A stretch of 64,000 nucleotides of DNA from the NCBI GenBank assembly GCA_951406725.2, contig OX597830.1:65782001-65846000 (forward strand), given 5' to 3'. The notes beneath the pieces were generated by a model, which was not told the origin of the DNA, made no database searches, and saw only the letters and a list, made by a program, of their open reading frames with translations. This document shows positions 24,265-36,226 of the stretch, in pieces. How positions within the stretch are numbered: the first letter of the stretch is position 1; each line of letters begins with the position of its first letter. Source of the stretch: Octopus vulgaris. Its lineage: Eukaryota. The position numbers and the translations under genes were made by a program.

Positions 24265-26360
24265 AAAAAAAGGAGACATATAAAAAGGGGGACATAAAAA
24301 AGGGAGACAAAAAAGGAGACATAAAAAGGGGGACATAAAAAAGGAGACATAAAAAGGGAGACATAAAAAAGGAGACATAAAAAAGGAGACATAAAAAAGG
24401 AGACATAAAAAAGGGAGACATAAAAAAGGAAATATAAAAAAGGGAGACAAAAAAAGGAGACATAAAAAAGGGAGACATAAAAAAGGGGGACATAAAAAAG
24501 GTTGACAAAAAAGGAGACATAAAAAAGGGGGACATAAAAAAAGGAGACATAAAAAAGGGAGACATAAAAAAGGAGACAAAAAAAGGAGACATAAAAAAGG
24601 GGACATAAAAAAGGGAGACATAAAAAAGGGAGACATAAAAAAGGAGATATAAAAAAAGGAGACAAAAAAGGAGACATAAAAAAAGGAGATATAAAAAAAG
24701 GAGTCATAAAAAAAGGAGACATAAAAATGATATAAAAAAGGAGACAAAAAAGGGAGACATAAAAAAGAAGATATAAAAAAGAGAGACAAAAAAGGAGACA
24801 TAAAAAAGGGGGACATAAAAAAAGGAGACATAAAAAAGGGAGACATAAAAAAGGGGGACATAAAAAAGGGAGACAAAAAAAGGAGACATAAAAAAGGGGG
24901 ACATAAAAAAGGAGACATAAAAAAGGGAGACATAAAAAAGGAGACATAAAAAAGGAGACGTAAAAAGGAAACACAAAAAAGAGACATAAAAAAGGGAGAC
25001 ATAAAAAAGGAGATATAAAAAAAGGAGACAAAAAAGAGACATAAAAAAGGAGACATAAAAAAGGAGACATAAAAAAGGGAGACATAAAAAAAGGAGACGT
25101 AAAAAAGGAAACACAAAAAGAGACATAAAAAAGGAGATATAAAAAAAGGAGACATAAAAAAGGAAACACAAAAAGAGACATAAAAAAGGAGACATAAAAA
25201 AAGGAGACATAAAAAAGGGAGACATAAAAAAGGAGACATAAAAAAGGAGACATAAAAAAAGGAGACATACAAAAAGGAGACAAAAAAGGAGACAAAAAAA
25301 AGAAACAAAAAATGGAGACAAAAAGGAGACATAAAAAAAGGAAACACAAAAAAGAGACATAAAAAAGGGAGACATAAAAAAGGAGATATAAAAAAGGAGA
25401 CATAAAAAAGGAGACATAAAAAAGGAGACATTAAAAAGGAGACATAAAAAAGGGAGGCATAAAAAAAGGAGACATACAAAAAGGAGACATAAGAAAAGGA
25501 GATATAAAAAAAGGAGACAAAAAAAGGAGACATAAAAAAAAGATTTAAAAAATGGAGACAAAAAAGGAGACATAAAAAAAGGAGACAAAATAGGAGACAA
25601 AAAAAGGAAACAAAAAATGAGACAATAAAAGGAGACATAAAAAAGGAGTCAAAAAAGGACACATAAAAAAGGAGACATAAAAAAGGAGACGTAAAAAAGG
25701 AAACACAAAAAAGGAGACATAAAAAAAGGAGACATAAAAGGAGACAAAAAAAGGAGACAATAAAAGGAGACATAAAAAGGGGAGACATAAAAAAGGAGTA
25801 AAAAAAGGAGACATAAAAAAGGAGACATAAAAAAGGAGACATAAAAAAAGGAGACATAAAAAAGGAGACATACAAAAAGGGGACATAAGAAAAGGAGATA
25901 TAAAAAAGGAGACAAAAAAAGGAGACATAAAAAAAAGAGACAAAAAATGGAGACAAAAAAGGAGACATAAAAAAAGGAGACAAAAAATGAGACAAAAAAA
26001 GGAAACAAAAAAGGAGACAATAAAAGGAGGGGGAGACATAAAAAAGGAGTCAAAAAAGGACACATAAAAAAGGAGACATAAAAAAAGAGACAAGGAGACA
26101 TAAAAAAGGAGACATAAAAAAGGGAGGCATAAAAAAAGAAGATATAAAAAAAGGAGACAAAAAAAGGAGACATTGAAAAAAAGGAAACATAAAAAAGGAA
26201 ACACAAAAAAAGGAGACATAAAAAAGGAGATATAAAAAAGGAGACAAAGAAAAGGAGACATACAAAAAGGAGACATAAGAAAAGGAGATATAAAAAAGGA
26301 GACAAAAAAAGGAGACATAAAAAAGGAGACATAAAAAAGGAGACAAAGAAAAGGAGACAT
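24265..26360. repeat. Purine-rich 13-16 bp satellite (AAAAAAGGAGACAT)n, about 2.1 kb
   Basis: Direct reading; variable A/G run lengths. Confidence 0.95.
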
Positions 26361-26466
26361 CAAATGTAGCCCAAACAAGTGGAAATTTAGTGAACTGTCC
26401 TCTATGTAAAATATATAATGTACAATAACGAAGCAAATGAAAGGTACAGTTGATGAACATACAAAC

Positions 26467-26657
26467 CTAACAGGGGTTTTTTCTGAAATTACTCATTGTA
26501 AATGAACCCTGTTCTTTTAGTCTTTTCCCTTCCTCGTTAACACAAAAACAAACTGCACCAACACATTGAAGCTTCTCAAAGCTGCCATGTCTGGTGCAAT
26601 TGAACGTGTTTTCATCTAATTTTAATACACGATATTTGGCCTTTTTTACAGCACACT
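26467..26657 (-). CDS. Secreted Cys-rich protein, coding exon 5 (complete thyroglobulin type-1 domain and stop)
   Basis: Acceptor ttctctactttacag|AG. Encodes KCAVKKAKYRVLKLDENTFNCTRHGSFEKLQCVGAVCFCVNEEGKRLKEQGSFTMSNFRKNPC*, with the Tg1 pattern C..C..G.F..QC....CxCV...G...C. Confidence 0.88.
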
Positions 26658-26816
26658 CTGTAAAGTAGAGAAAGAGAATATTGTTAAGCAGTACAAATGT
26701 ACAAATTTAGAATCAAAAATATAATCTGCTTCTCTTACACAGACATGTTAAAGCTTTCAAATACAGAACTGCTCCCTTTTCAGCAGAGACCCTACATTTT
26801 GCCAAATCTATTTAGA

Positions 26817-27203
26817 GAGAGGAAGCACTCCGTCGGTTACGACGATGAGGGTTCCGGTTGATCCGATCAACGGAACAGCCTGCTCGTGAAATTAACGTGT
26901 AAGTGGCTGAGCACTCCACAGACACGTGTACCCTTAACGTAGTTCTCGGGGATATTCAGCGTGACACAGAGAGTGACAAGGCCGGCCCTTTGAAATACAG
27001 GTACAACAGAAACAGGAAGTAAGAGTGAGAGAAAGTTGTGGTGAAAGAGTACAGCAGGGATCACCACCATCCCCTGCCGGAGCCTCGTGGAGCTTTAGGT
27101 GTTTTCGCTCAATAAACACTCACAACGCCCGGTCTGGGAATCGAAACCGCGAACCTACGACCGCGAGTCCGCTGCCCTAACCACTGGGCCATTACGCCTC
27201 CAC
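26817..27203 (-). mobile_element. Full-length SINE (family A) with 16-bp TSD
   Basis: TSD GCCAAATCTATTTAGA at 26801-26816 and 27204-27219. Nearly identical to the copy at 31454-31837. Confidence 0.88.
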
Positions 27204-27469
27204 GCCAAATCTATTTAGAATGTCAGAGAAAATACTTTGCAGTATTTCTTCCTGCTCTTTATATTTTAAGTTCAAATCCTATCCAGATCCCCTTTGCCTT
27301 TCATCCTTTCAGGCTCCATAAAACAAAGTATCTGGGGTAATTGTTATTAACTAACTCTTTCCTCAAGATTGCTGGCCTTGTGTCTAAATAGGAAACCATT
27401 ATCTCTTCAAGGCATTTAAAACAGTTAATTCATCGAGCAATTAGCATTTATTGAAGGAAATAGTTCAAA

Positions 27470-28190
27470 AGGCGGCAAGCTGGCGGAAACGTTAGCACGC
27501 CAGGTGAAATGCTTAGCTGTATTTCGTCTGCCGTTACATTCTGAGTTCAAATTCTGCAGAGGTTGACTTTACCTTTCATCCTTTCAGGGTCGATAAATTA
27601 AGTACCAGTTACGCACTGGGGTCAATCTAATCAACTTAATCCCTTTGTCTGTCCTTGTTTGTCTCCTCTGTGTTTAGCCCCTTGTGGGTAGTAAAGAAAT
27701 ATGTATTTCGTCTGCTGTTACGTTCTGAGTTCAAATTCCGCCGAGGTCGACTTTGCCTTTCATCCTTTCGGGGTCAATAAATTAAGTACCAGTTACGCAC
27801 TGGGGTCAGTCTAATCAACTTAATCCCTTTGTCTGTCCTTGTTTGTCTCCTCTGTGTTTAGCCCCTTGTGGGTAGTAAAGAAATATGTATTTCGTCTGCT
27901 GTTACGTTCTGAGTTCAAATTCCGCCGAGGTCGACTTTGCCTTTCATCCTTTTGGGGTCAATAAATTAAGTACCAGTTACGCACTGGGGTCAGTCTAATC
28001 GACTTAATCCCTTTGTCTGTCCTTGTTTGTCTCCTCTGTGTTTAGCCCCTTGTGGGTAGTAAAGAAATATGTATTTCGTCTGCTGTTACGTTCTGAGTTC
28101 AAATTCCGCCGAGGTCGACTTTACCTTTCATCCTTTCGGGGTCAATAAATTAAGTACCAGTTGTTTGTCCCCTCTATGTTTAGCCCCATA
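27470..28190 (+). repeat. Tandem multimer of a MetaSINE-like SINE body (184-bp period)
   Basis: One head (ggcggcaagctggcggaaacgttagcacgcc), then tcgtctg recurring at 27524, 27708, 27892 and 28076. Core tttcatcctttcggggtcgataaattaagtaccag. Confidence 0.85.
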
Positions 28191-28318
28191 GAAACAGTGA
28201 GTGAAGCAGGACTGACCTTATAAACAATTTCAGCTTAAGAGAAAACTGGGATGGAGCAGGTGATGGAGGGAAGAAGAAGAAGAAGAAGAAGAAGAAGAAG
28301 AAAAAGAAGATTACTTAC

Positions 28319-28398
28319 TACAAGAATTGGGAGTAACTTGAGACGAATGTAGATATTCATAGTCTTTAAGTATTTGTCCATTAAAGCTGCATTGGCAT
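28319..28398 (-). CDS. Secreted Cys-rich protein, coding exon 4 (second half of the first Tg1-like module)
   Basis: Acceptor ctctctttctag|A, donor A|gtaagt, 80 nt, phase 2->1. Encodes [27 protein letters not shown]. Confidence 0.78.
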
Positions 28399-28400
28399 CT

Positions 28401-29122
28401 AGAAAGAGAGAAAGGAAGAAAGAAAGAAAGGAAGAAAGAAAGAAAGAAAGGAAGGAAGGAAGGAAGGAAGGAAGAAAGGAAGGAAGGAAGGAAGAAAGGA
28501 AGGAAACAAGGAAGGAAACAAGGAAGTAAGGAAGGAAGGAAGAAAGAAAGGTAGGAAGGAAGGAAGAAAGGAAAGAAAGAGAGAAAGAAAGGAAGGAAGA
28601 AAGAAAGAAAGAAAAAGGAAGGAAGGAAGAAAGGAAGGAAGGAAGAAAGAAAGAAAGAAAAAGGAAGGAAGGAAGAAAGGAAGGAAGGAAGGAAGAAAGA
28701 AAGGAAGAAAGGAAGGAAAAAAGAATGAAAGGAAAGAAGGAAGGAAGAAACGAAGGAAGGAATGAAGAAACGAAGGCAGAAAGAAAGAAATAAAGAAAGA
28801 AAGGAAAGAAGAGAGGGAGAAAGGAAGGAAGGAAGGAAGAAAGAAAGAAAGAAAGAAAGGAAGGAAGAGAGAGAGAAAGAAAGAGAGAGAGAAAGAAAGA
28901 AAGAAAGGAAGGAAGGAAGAGAGGAAAGAAGGAAGAAATAAATAAAGAAAGAAAGGAAGGAAGAAAGAAAGAAAAGAAAGAAAGAAAAGAAAGAAAGAAA
29001 GGAAGGAAGAGAGGGAGAAAGAAAGAAAGGAAGGAAGAAAGAAAGGAAGAAAGAAAGAAAGAAAGAAAGAAAGGAAGGAAGAGAGGGAGAAAGAAAGAAA
29101 GAAAGGAAGGAAGGAAGGAAGA

Positions 29123-29161
<39 letters not shown>

Positions 29162-29275
29162 GAAGGAAGAGAGAGAGAGAAAGGAAGAAAGAAAGAAGGC
29201 AGGAAGGAAGGAAAGAAAGAAAGAAGAAAGAAGGAAAATAGAAAGAAAGAAAGAAAGAAAGAAGGAAGGAAGATA

Positions 29276-29309
<34 letters not shown>

Positions 29310-29310
29310 A
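28401..29310. repeat. (GAAA/GGAA)n polypurine tract
   Basis: About 910 bp, almost entirely purine on the + strand. Confidence 0.95.
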
Positions 29311-29672
29311 GTGATGAACACCTCCTCCTTTGGATAATTAGATGAAATATTTGCCTCAAAATTTTTTATAGGTGCAAGCATGGCTGCATGGTAAAAGTTT
29401 GCTTTCCAGCCAAATGGTTCTGAGTTCAGTCCCCCTATGTAGCACCTTGGACAGATGTCGTCCACTAGCACCTTGGACAGATGTCGTCCCAGGTTAACCA
29501 AAGCCTTGGTAGATAACCAAAGATTTGGTAGATAGAAACTGAAAGAAACCTTGTGCATATATATGTATGTATGTATTCTTTTTTATTATGGTGACGTAAA
29601 CACACCAGCATCGGTTGTCAAGCGATGTTGGGGGGGACAAACACAGACACACATACGTATACACACACACAC

Positions 29673-29713
<41 letters not shown>

Positions 29714-29719
29714 CATACA

Positions 29720-29753
<34 letters not shown>

Positions 29754-30411
29754 CGACGAGCTTCTTTCAGTTTCCGTCTACCAAATCCACTCACAAGGCT
29801 TTGGTCGGCCCGAGGCTAGAGGCTATAGTAGAAGACACTTGCCCAAGGTGCCACGCAGTGGGAGTGAACCCGGAACCATGTGGTTGGTAAGCGAGCTACT
29901 TACCACACAGCCACTCCTACACCTATAGCTACTTACTGTTGCTAGGTCTGGAGGTAAAAGCAAAGATCATAGCCTTCACAGGCTTTATGAGAACGGAATG
30001 ATTGATACTGTTCATGTTCAAGTCAAGGATACAGGGAAAGACCTGAACAGGGAGGGAATTTCAGAGGGGTTAATATTTTAATGAAGACAATCTGAGAGTT
30101 ATGGTTAGTAAGGAGCCAGGGAGTAGGGCCACCTTAGCAGAATTATAGCTCCTCAACTCCACCCCTGGACAGAATCATTGTACTGAGCCCCATAGTACTT
30201 ATATTTTTGACAGTAAGCCACAGTAGACATAGAATACAGTTTGGCCCCTAGATATGTGAGGTCTCTCAGGCACTGCCCGATGTACTAATGCCTTAAGACA
30301 ACACTTCCTGGGGAAGGCATAAACAAAACATAGATAACAAGAGAAGAAATAAGTGGAGGAAAACCGAGAAGGTTGTAGTAGTGATAGAAAAGACAGAGAG
30401 GGGACACAGCA

Positions 30412-30897
30412 CGCATGTGTGTATGTATGTATGTGTGTGTGTATGTATGTATGTATGTATGTATGTATGCATGCATGTATGTATGTATGTATGCATGCAT
30501 GCATGCATGTATGCATGCATGTATGTATGCATGCATGCATGTAGACATGCATGCATGTATACATGTATGTAAGCATGCATGCATGCATGTATGCATGTGT
30601 GTATGCATGTATGCATGTATGTATGTATGTGTGTATTTATGTGTGTGTGTGTGTATGTATGTATGTATGCATGTATGCATGCATGCATGTATGTATGCAT
30701 GCATGCATGCATGCATGCATGTATGCATGCATGTATGTATGCATGCATATATGTATGCATACATGCATGTAGACATGCATGCATGCATGTATGCATGTAT
30801 GTATGCATGCATGCATGTATGTATGCATGTATGCATGTATGCATGCATGCATGCATGTATGTATGTATGCATGTATGTATGTATGTATGTATGTGTA
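30412..30897. repeat. (TGTA/TGCA)n alternating purine-pyrimidine repeat
   Basis: Direct reading. Confidence 0.95.
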
Positions 30898-31140
30898 AAT
30901 TTGTACGTGTCTTTGTGTTTGTTCCCACCATCACTTGACTGGCCTATGTTGGTTTGTTTATTTCCTCATAACTTAGCAGCTCAGTAAAAAAAGATCAATA
31001 TAAGTGCCAGACTTATTAAAAAAAGGGTCAACTTGTTAAAAGACAGTAAACCCTTCAAGTCAGGGCCACAACATGGCTGCAGTCCAGTTCAATGAGCTGA
31101 AATGCATAAAAGATACGTGAATTTATTTAATGTTACTTAC

Positions 31141-31189
31141 ATACGACCTTGGCATTCAATATTTCGTAAGTGCTTGAGGTAAGAATGAT
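31141..31189 (-). CDS. Secreted Cys-rich protein, coding exon 3
   Basis: Acceptor tttttatttccag|AT, donor AT|gtaagt, 49 nt, phase 1->2. Encodes DHSYLKHLRNIECQGR and bridges the phases of exons 2 and 4 exactly. Confidence 0.7.
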
Positions 31190-31453
31190 CTGGAAATAAA
31201 AATGAATAAATTAATAATAAAATAGTCAAAAAGTGGTAAAATAACAGTAAAACAGGTTACCCTTAACAGAGTAGACATGTATGGAGTTGGTTGAAATATT
31301 AGGGGCTATTCATGGACCCAACACTTGCGATACACCTAGCACCTGAGTATATTGCATTGTTTGTCATGTGTGGTACATTTAGGGGCAACAGTCTTGGAAT
31401 GTTGTGTTTTTCTTTCCCAAAATGTTTCTGCAAGTTTTTATAAACTATATATA

Positions 31454-31837
31454 TGGGAAGCACTCCGTTGGTTCCGACGACGAGGGTTCCGGTTGATCCG
31501 ATCAACGGAACAGCCTGCTCGTGAAATTAACGTGTAGTGGCTGAGCACTCCACAGACACGTGTACCCTTAACGTAGTTCTCGGGGATATTCAGCGTGACA
31601 CAGAGAGTGACAAGGCCGGCCCTTTGAAATACAGGTACAACAGAAACAGGAAGTAAGAGTGAGAGAAAGTTGTGGTGAAAGAGTACAGCAGGGATCACCA
31701 CCATCCCCTGCCGGAGCCTCATGGAGCTTTAGGTGTTTTCGCTCAATAAACACTCACAACACTCGGTCTGGGAATCGAAACCACGATCCTATGACCGCGA
31801 GTCCGCTGCCCTAACCACTGGGCCATTGCGCCTCCAC
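31454..31837 (-). mobile_element. Full-length SINE (family A)
   Basis: Near identity to 26817-27203; flanked by aaactatatatat repeats. Confidence 0.85.
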
Positions 31838-32119
31838 AAACTATATATATACATATATATATATATGGCACTTGTGCTGGTGGCATGTGAAAAAACATTC
31901 AAGTGAGGTCGTTGCCAGTACCGCCTGACTGGCCCCCATGCTGGTGGCACGTAAAAGCACCCACTACACTCTCAGAGTGGTTGGCGTTAGGAAGGACATC
32001 CAGCTGTAGAAACTCTGCCAGATCAAGATTGGAGCTTGGTGCAACCATCTGGTTCACCAGTCCTCAGTCAAATCGTCCAACCCATGCTAGCATGGAAAGT
32101 GGACGTTAAACGAAAAAGG

Positions 32120-32160
<41 letters not shown>

Positions 32161-32364
32161 TGGAAAACAGACGTTAAACGATGATGATGATGATGATGAT
32201 GATATATATATATATATATATCCTTTAAGTTCATTTACAGGAAACATTTTTGAGTATGCATGAAAAAGTTCCTATTCTATTATGCCAGCTACCACCTAGT
32301 AATTCCGAATTATAACAGCAATTTTATGGATAGTACCGAGATGTGCTGATATAACATAGGATAA

Positions 32365-32395
<31 letters not shown>

Positions 32396-32540
32396 TCAAG
32401 GATGGAATTTCATAAATATTTTAATGCATTGTTACACACGTTTCCATAAACTATGCTGTTTGTGGGGTATAATCTGCAACCATAGGATGATTACAATATA
32501 ATCTGTAATATCCATGGATATATGTGTGTGTGTGTGTGTA

Positions 32541-33685
32541 TTGGGTCATCCCATAAATAATGAGGTTTTTTTTCAGTGCCATAGTCGGAGGAGGATGGGA
32601 TAAACTACCTCCATCCACTTGCTATAAAAACAGGTAGTAATTTTACCTTGTACTTATTCTCAGTGCAAGTTTTGAAGAATGCAGTTCAATTTTAACAGTT
32701 AAGCTATAATGGAAGTGACAAAAGAGCATATTCGGCATATTTTGCTTTTTATTAATAAAGGCAACAACACAATGGAAAGTGTGAGGAATATTAATGGGAA
32801 TTGAACAATAAGTGTGAGCCAGTGTCAATGGTGGGGCCAGAAATTCCAAGCCAGAAACTACAGCCTAGAAGATGAGCCTCTTCCTGGAAGATCTGTAGAG
32901 CTTGATGAGGATGTCCTGCAAACCCTGGTGGAACAAAATCCCAACCATAACTGTTGAGGATCTAGCAGAGAAGCTAGGATTTCATCATTCAACTATTTAC
33001 CAACATTGGCGTACCATCAGAAAAATCAGCAAATTGGGTCAATGGGTTCTTCACAAACTTTCTGAGTCTAATTACATGCAGAAAGTCAAAGTATGCTCTT
33101 CTTTGCTGTTACATCTCAGAAATGAACCGTTTTTTTGGACCGAATAGTGATTAGTAATGAGAAATGGGTTCTCTATAAGAATGTCAAGTGCCAAAGACAG
33201 TGGGTAGTGAAATGAGAAACACTGGCAGGCAAGGATAAAGAAGGTCTTCAGCCATGTAAGGTGTTGTTATTTGTTTGGTGGGATATGAAAGGTTTAGTCC
33301 ACTTTTAATTTTTAAACCCAAACCAAACAATAACAAAGGAAATCTACTGCAAGCAGCTTGAGTGGCTTAAGTCAACGCTAGAAGTGAAATGATCATCTTC
33401 AGTTTCAAATTCACCGGACATTGCCCCATCTGGTTATCATTTATTCCGCAATCTTCAAAATCATTTGAATAGAAAAATACAAATTCTGTAGATGAAGTCA
33501 GAACAGTACTGGAGGAGTATTTTTTGTCATGGACAAGTGGATTTTGGAAGAGGGGCTTTGCATGTCTACCAGATAGATGGAAGAGCATTGTAGAAAATGG
33601 AGGAGAGTATATTTTAGATTTTAAAAAATTTTGTTTATCTTAATTCAGAAAAATAAAAGAAGTATGAAAAAAAACTGTGTTATAT
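32541..33685 (+). mobile_element. Decayed mariner (DD34D-type) transposon
   Basis: TA|ttgggtcatcccataaataatg TIR. Motifs MEVTKEHIRHIL, SLEDEP, KLGQWVLHKL, EKWVLY, VWWDMKG, SPDIAPS-YHLF, IVENGGEYI, with stops and frameshifts. Confidence 0.85.
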
Positions 33686-33690
33686 ATAAG

Positions 33691-34330
33691 CAGGGTGGTG
33701 CACAAGAAAGTAGCCTAGATTCCATAACAAAGTGTAAATACAGAAATAAATTTAACCATGCGAAGAAGCACCTGGCCTTTTGTATGCAAGTCTTATTGTG
33801 TTATTTCAAATACTTGTAACTGCTGAACAAAGATGGTGCACTAGTTGACTGTTTGCTACATTATCCTCATCACATCAGTCGACTGTAACATTGCATTGAG
33901 TGAACATCTCTAGCTTTTTCTGCAAGATGACAATAGAAGAAAAAGTGGAGATTGTGGCAGTATATGTGAGGACAGGTTCTGCTAAACAAACGCGTGAAAT
34001 GTTTGAAATCAAGTTTCTGGGTAAAGGTTTACCAGCAAATAGAATGATACAAATGCCGGTTAAAAAGTACCATGCAACGAGGTCAGTGCACAACACCCCA
34101 AAACAAAGAGTCCCCATAGTTCAAACACTGGAAGTTATTCAGGACATTTGTCTAAGGATTACTCAAAGTCTAAAGTTGAAGCTATATCATTTAACAGGTG
34201 TACAGGAATTACAAATGGATGACAAGAGAAAACAAGTTATTGCATATGGCTTCTTAATAACAGTTGCACATGATTTCTGAATGGCTATAATGAGCTACAG
34301 CCAAGGAATTGAAGGAAATTATACAATATC
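33691..34330 (+). mobile_element. Tc1/mariner-superfamily relic (DUF4817-like HTH N-terminus)
   Basis: Starts cagggtg; encodes MTIEEKVEIVAVYVRTGSAKQTREMFEIKF...KKYHATRSV. Confidence 0.55.
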
Positions 34331-34577
34331 AAATGGATGGCAGAACTGGCAGAGCACAAGGCAAAACTCAGTGTTGTCGAGTGGTTGCATTCCTTTACAT
34401 TTTGAATTCAAGTATTACTCACGTGCACTTTACCATACATCCTTCTGAAATTAATAGAATAAGTAGATGTTGATGAAATAATTACTGGGGGTTGATATAA
34501 TCAAGGAAATTCTCCCACACGGTCGCAGTCCAATGATTGAAACCAACTATGAAGAGAGTCAAGTCTCCAAAACATAC

Positions 34578-34682
34578 CATCTGTACATGTTTTGCTATAT
34601 GGGTTACACACAAGTCCTGGAGCACATTCTGCCGGTGATTGCAAAATCATGTTGTATGAAGAGCTACAAACAGCATTTTTCT
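34578..34682 (-). CDS. Secreted Cys-rich protein, coding exon 2
   Basis: Acceptor cattccag|AG, donor G|gtatgt, 105 nt, phase 1->1. Encodes KKNAVCSSSYNMILQSPAECAPGLVCNPYSKTCTD, completing the 12-Cys module. Confidence 0.82.
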
Positions 34683-35221
34683 CTGGAATGAATATATCAA
34701 AACTTATTTCAGTAAAAGAAATTAAACCATTTCATCTACTTACAAGGTTCCAAAAGGAAAAAAAATTTGGTTTTGTGAAGAGAAATAACTGACAGAGAAA
34801 TCTGAGAAATCTGAGAAATCTATCTTTATCATTACAGAGCAGACAACTACAAGTATACCTTGCACCGATTCCTTTATCTTTTACTATTTACAAGTAAAAC
34901 TAAAAGTAAAATAGAATTGCAGAAAGTTAACAGATTACATGGTGCAACACAGTTTTTGTTCTTAGATAGCAACAGTTATTTCCTATTTGCCTATCCTTGG
35001 AAAGGATGAAAAAATGGCTAACATTTCCTTCTAACTTTGCTTTTGTTACATTTATTCAAACCCCAAAGAATCCCTCTCAACACGTGTCTATGATGCTCCC
35101 CATCTGCTCCTGCATATCATCAGAGATGCACATAATGTCAACCACTAAGAGACATGCTCAAGAGGTTACGGTCAAGCGAATGACAAGCAAATTTGTGGTA
35201 TTGAGTAGAATATTTGCTCAA

Positions 35222-35600
35222 TAGACTTTTGGCCTTGGCTGAAGTTTTCTTCATCAAAGAAGAATCAAAGCATGCCATGTTCCTGATAGTTTTTCACCTA
35301 ACAAATGGTTTTACCTAACAAATAGTTTTCCTGTATTTTTGCAGACACAAATTGGACTCTCCTCGGTATATATGACTTGTATCAAATGTCCACATGCACC
35401 ACAAATCTGGAAGTCCCCTTTGACATCTGAAGGTTTTTGGTGATGGTCCTCGTTGATTTTCTAAGATCAATAATCTTTTGAACCTGTTGGATGAATTGTG
35501 GCATCCATAGAGTGTCCAAACATTAAGAATGTTTCTTCTTTGATACAGTTGGTACAATCCTGTCAGAGGCTTCCAATACTATCTGAACTTTGTGTACAAA
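35222..35600 (-). mobile_element. maT-like transposase fragment
   Basis: PQFIQQVQKII...KSTRTITKNLQMS...YKSY...FFFDEENFSQGQK, matching the WFFSDEKNF-type first catalytic Asp region. Confidence 0.6.
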
Positions 35601-35762
35601 ATATCTTGTACACATATTCAAACAGCTCAGATCTAAACCCATACACCTACCTATACCACAATGTCATTCTAAAAATAAACAATCACATCATAAAAATCTC
35701 AATGCTACAAAGTAATTCATGATGAATTCCAAACAATTTGACTAAATAAGCATTACATTTAA

Positions 35763-35982
35763 CCCTTTCGTTCCTGTATTTATTTTGAGATGCTCTGTGT
35801 TTCTTTCAATTACTTTAAATATAACAAAGAATTTAGTAAAACTATTTGGTTATCATTAAGCTAGTGATAGAAACATAAATTGTGACTAAGGTTTGGTGAA
35901 AGATTTTAATTCAAAACTTATGAAAACAAGACATTTGTACTCAGAGCCAGAGCAGGTTTCAGTCGGGTTGGTAACGAAAGGG
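35763..35982. mobile_element. piggyBac-type MITE nested in an older related MITE
   Basis: TTAA|ccctttcgtt ... aacgaaaggg|TTAA. The flanks resemble the 38035-38256 family. Confidence 0.85.
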
Positions 35983-36042
35983 TTAAATTAATCATTTGTT
36001 AAGAGTGATCTGAATGATAGTGGGTCAATTAGCAACACTCAC

Positions 36043-36226
36043 TCAAAAGTTGAACACAAATTTTACAGCAACCACATTGTATTGTTCTTAAGCAGCTTCC
36101 CACCGGAGGACATTCAGAACACTCGACCTCGATGTCACAGTTATAGATAAAACCAACAGCCAATGTCACAGAGGTAGGCAGAATCAAAACCAGAGTAAAG
36201 ACTGTGAGAAATAGTGTTTTCGCCAT
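36043..36226 (-). CDS. Secreted Cys-rich protein, coding exon 1 (signal peptide plus first half of an AmFPI-1/IGFBP-N-like module)
   Basis: Strong acceptor (T-rich tract, tttgcag) opens the exon at 36265; ATG at 36226; donor A|gtgagt. Encodes MAKTLFLTVFTLVLILPTSVTLAVGFIYNCDIEVECSECPPVGSCLRTIQCGCCKICVQLL. Confidence 0.82.

Larger units (their letters stand above)
23099..26406 (-). mobile_element. maT/DD37D-like transposon relic containing a SINE and an expanded satellite
   Basis: Minus strand YVKLLEIVVNPWLERIAAERPYM*QQDSVPC...NFYEFTNANFWPSN. Weak TIRs (cagggtg...ctaaattt at 23099; aaatttag...ctatgta at about 26384-26408). The right boundary is uncertain. Confidence 0.6.

Noticed and set aside
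24223-26460. Long F/L/S-rich ORFs that look like membrane proteins
   Set aside because: Stop-free readings of the satellite in all frames.
31340-31430. Possible extra exon (..VAPKCTTHDKQC..) of the minus-strand gene
   Set aside because: Poor polypyrimidine tract and no donor giving a compatible phase.
35315-35557. 80-aa ORF with WCMW as a possible Tg1 exon
   Set aside because: Another frame matches maT transposase motifs, and there are no suitable splice sites.
36029-36042. Stop-terminated single-exon version of the Cys-rich peptide (..LLSECC*)
   Set aside because: A consensus GTGAGT donor precedes it and splicing completes the 12-Cys module, so this is intron read-through.
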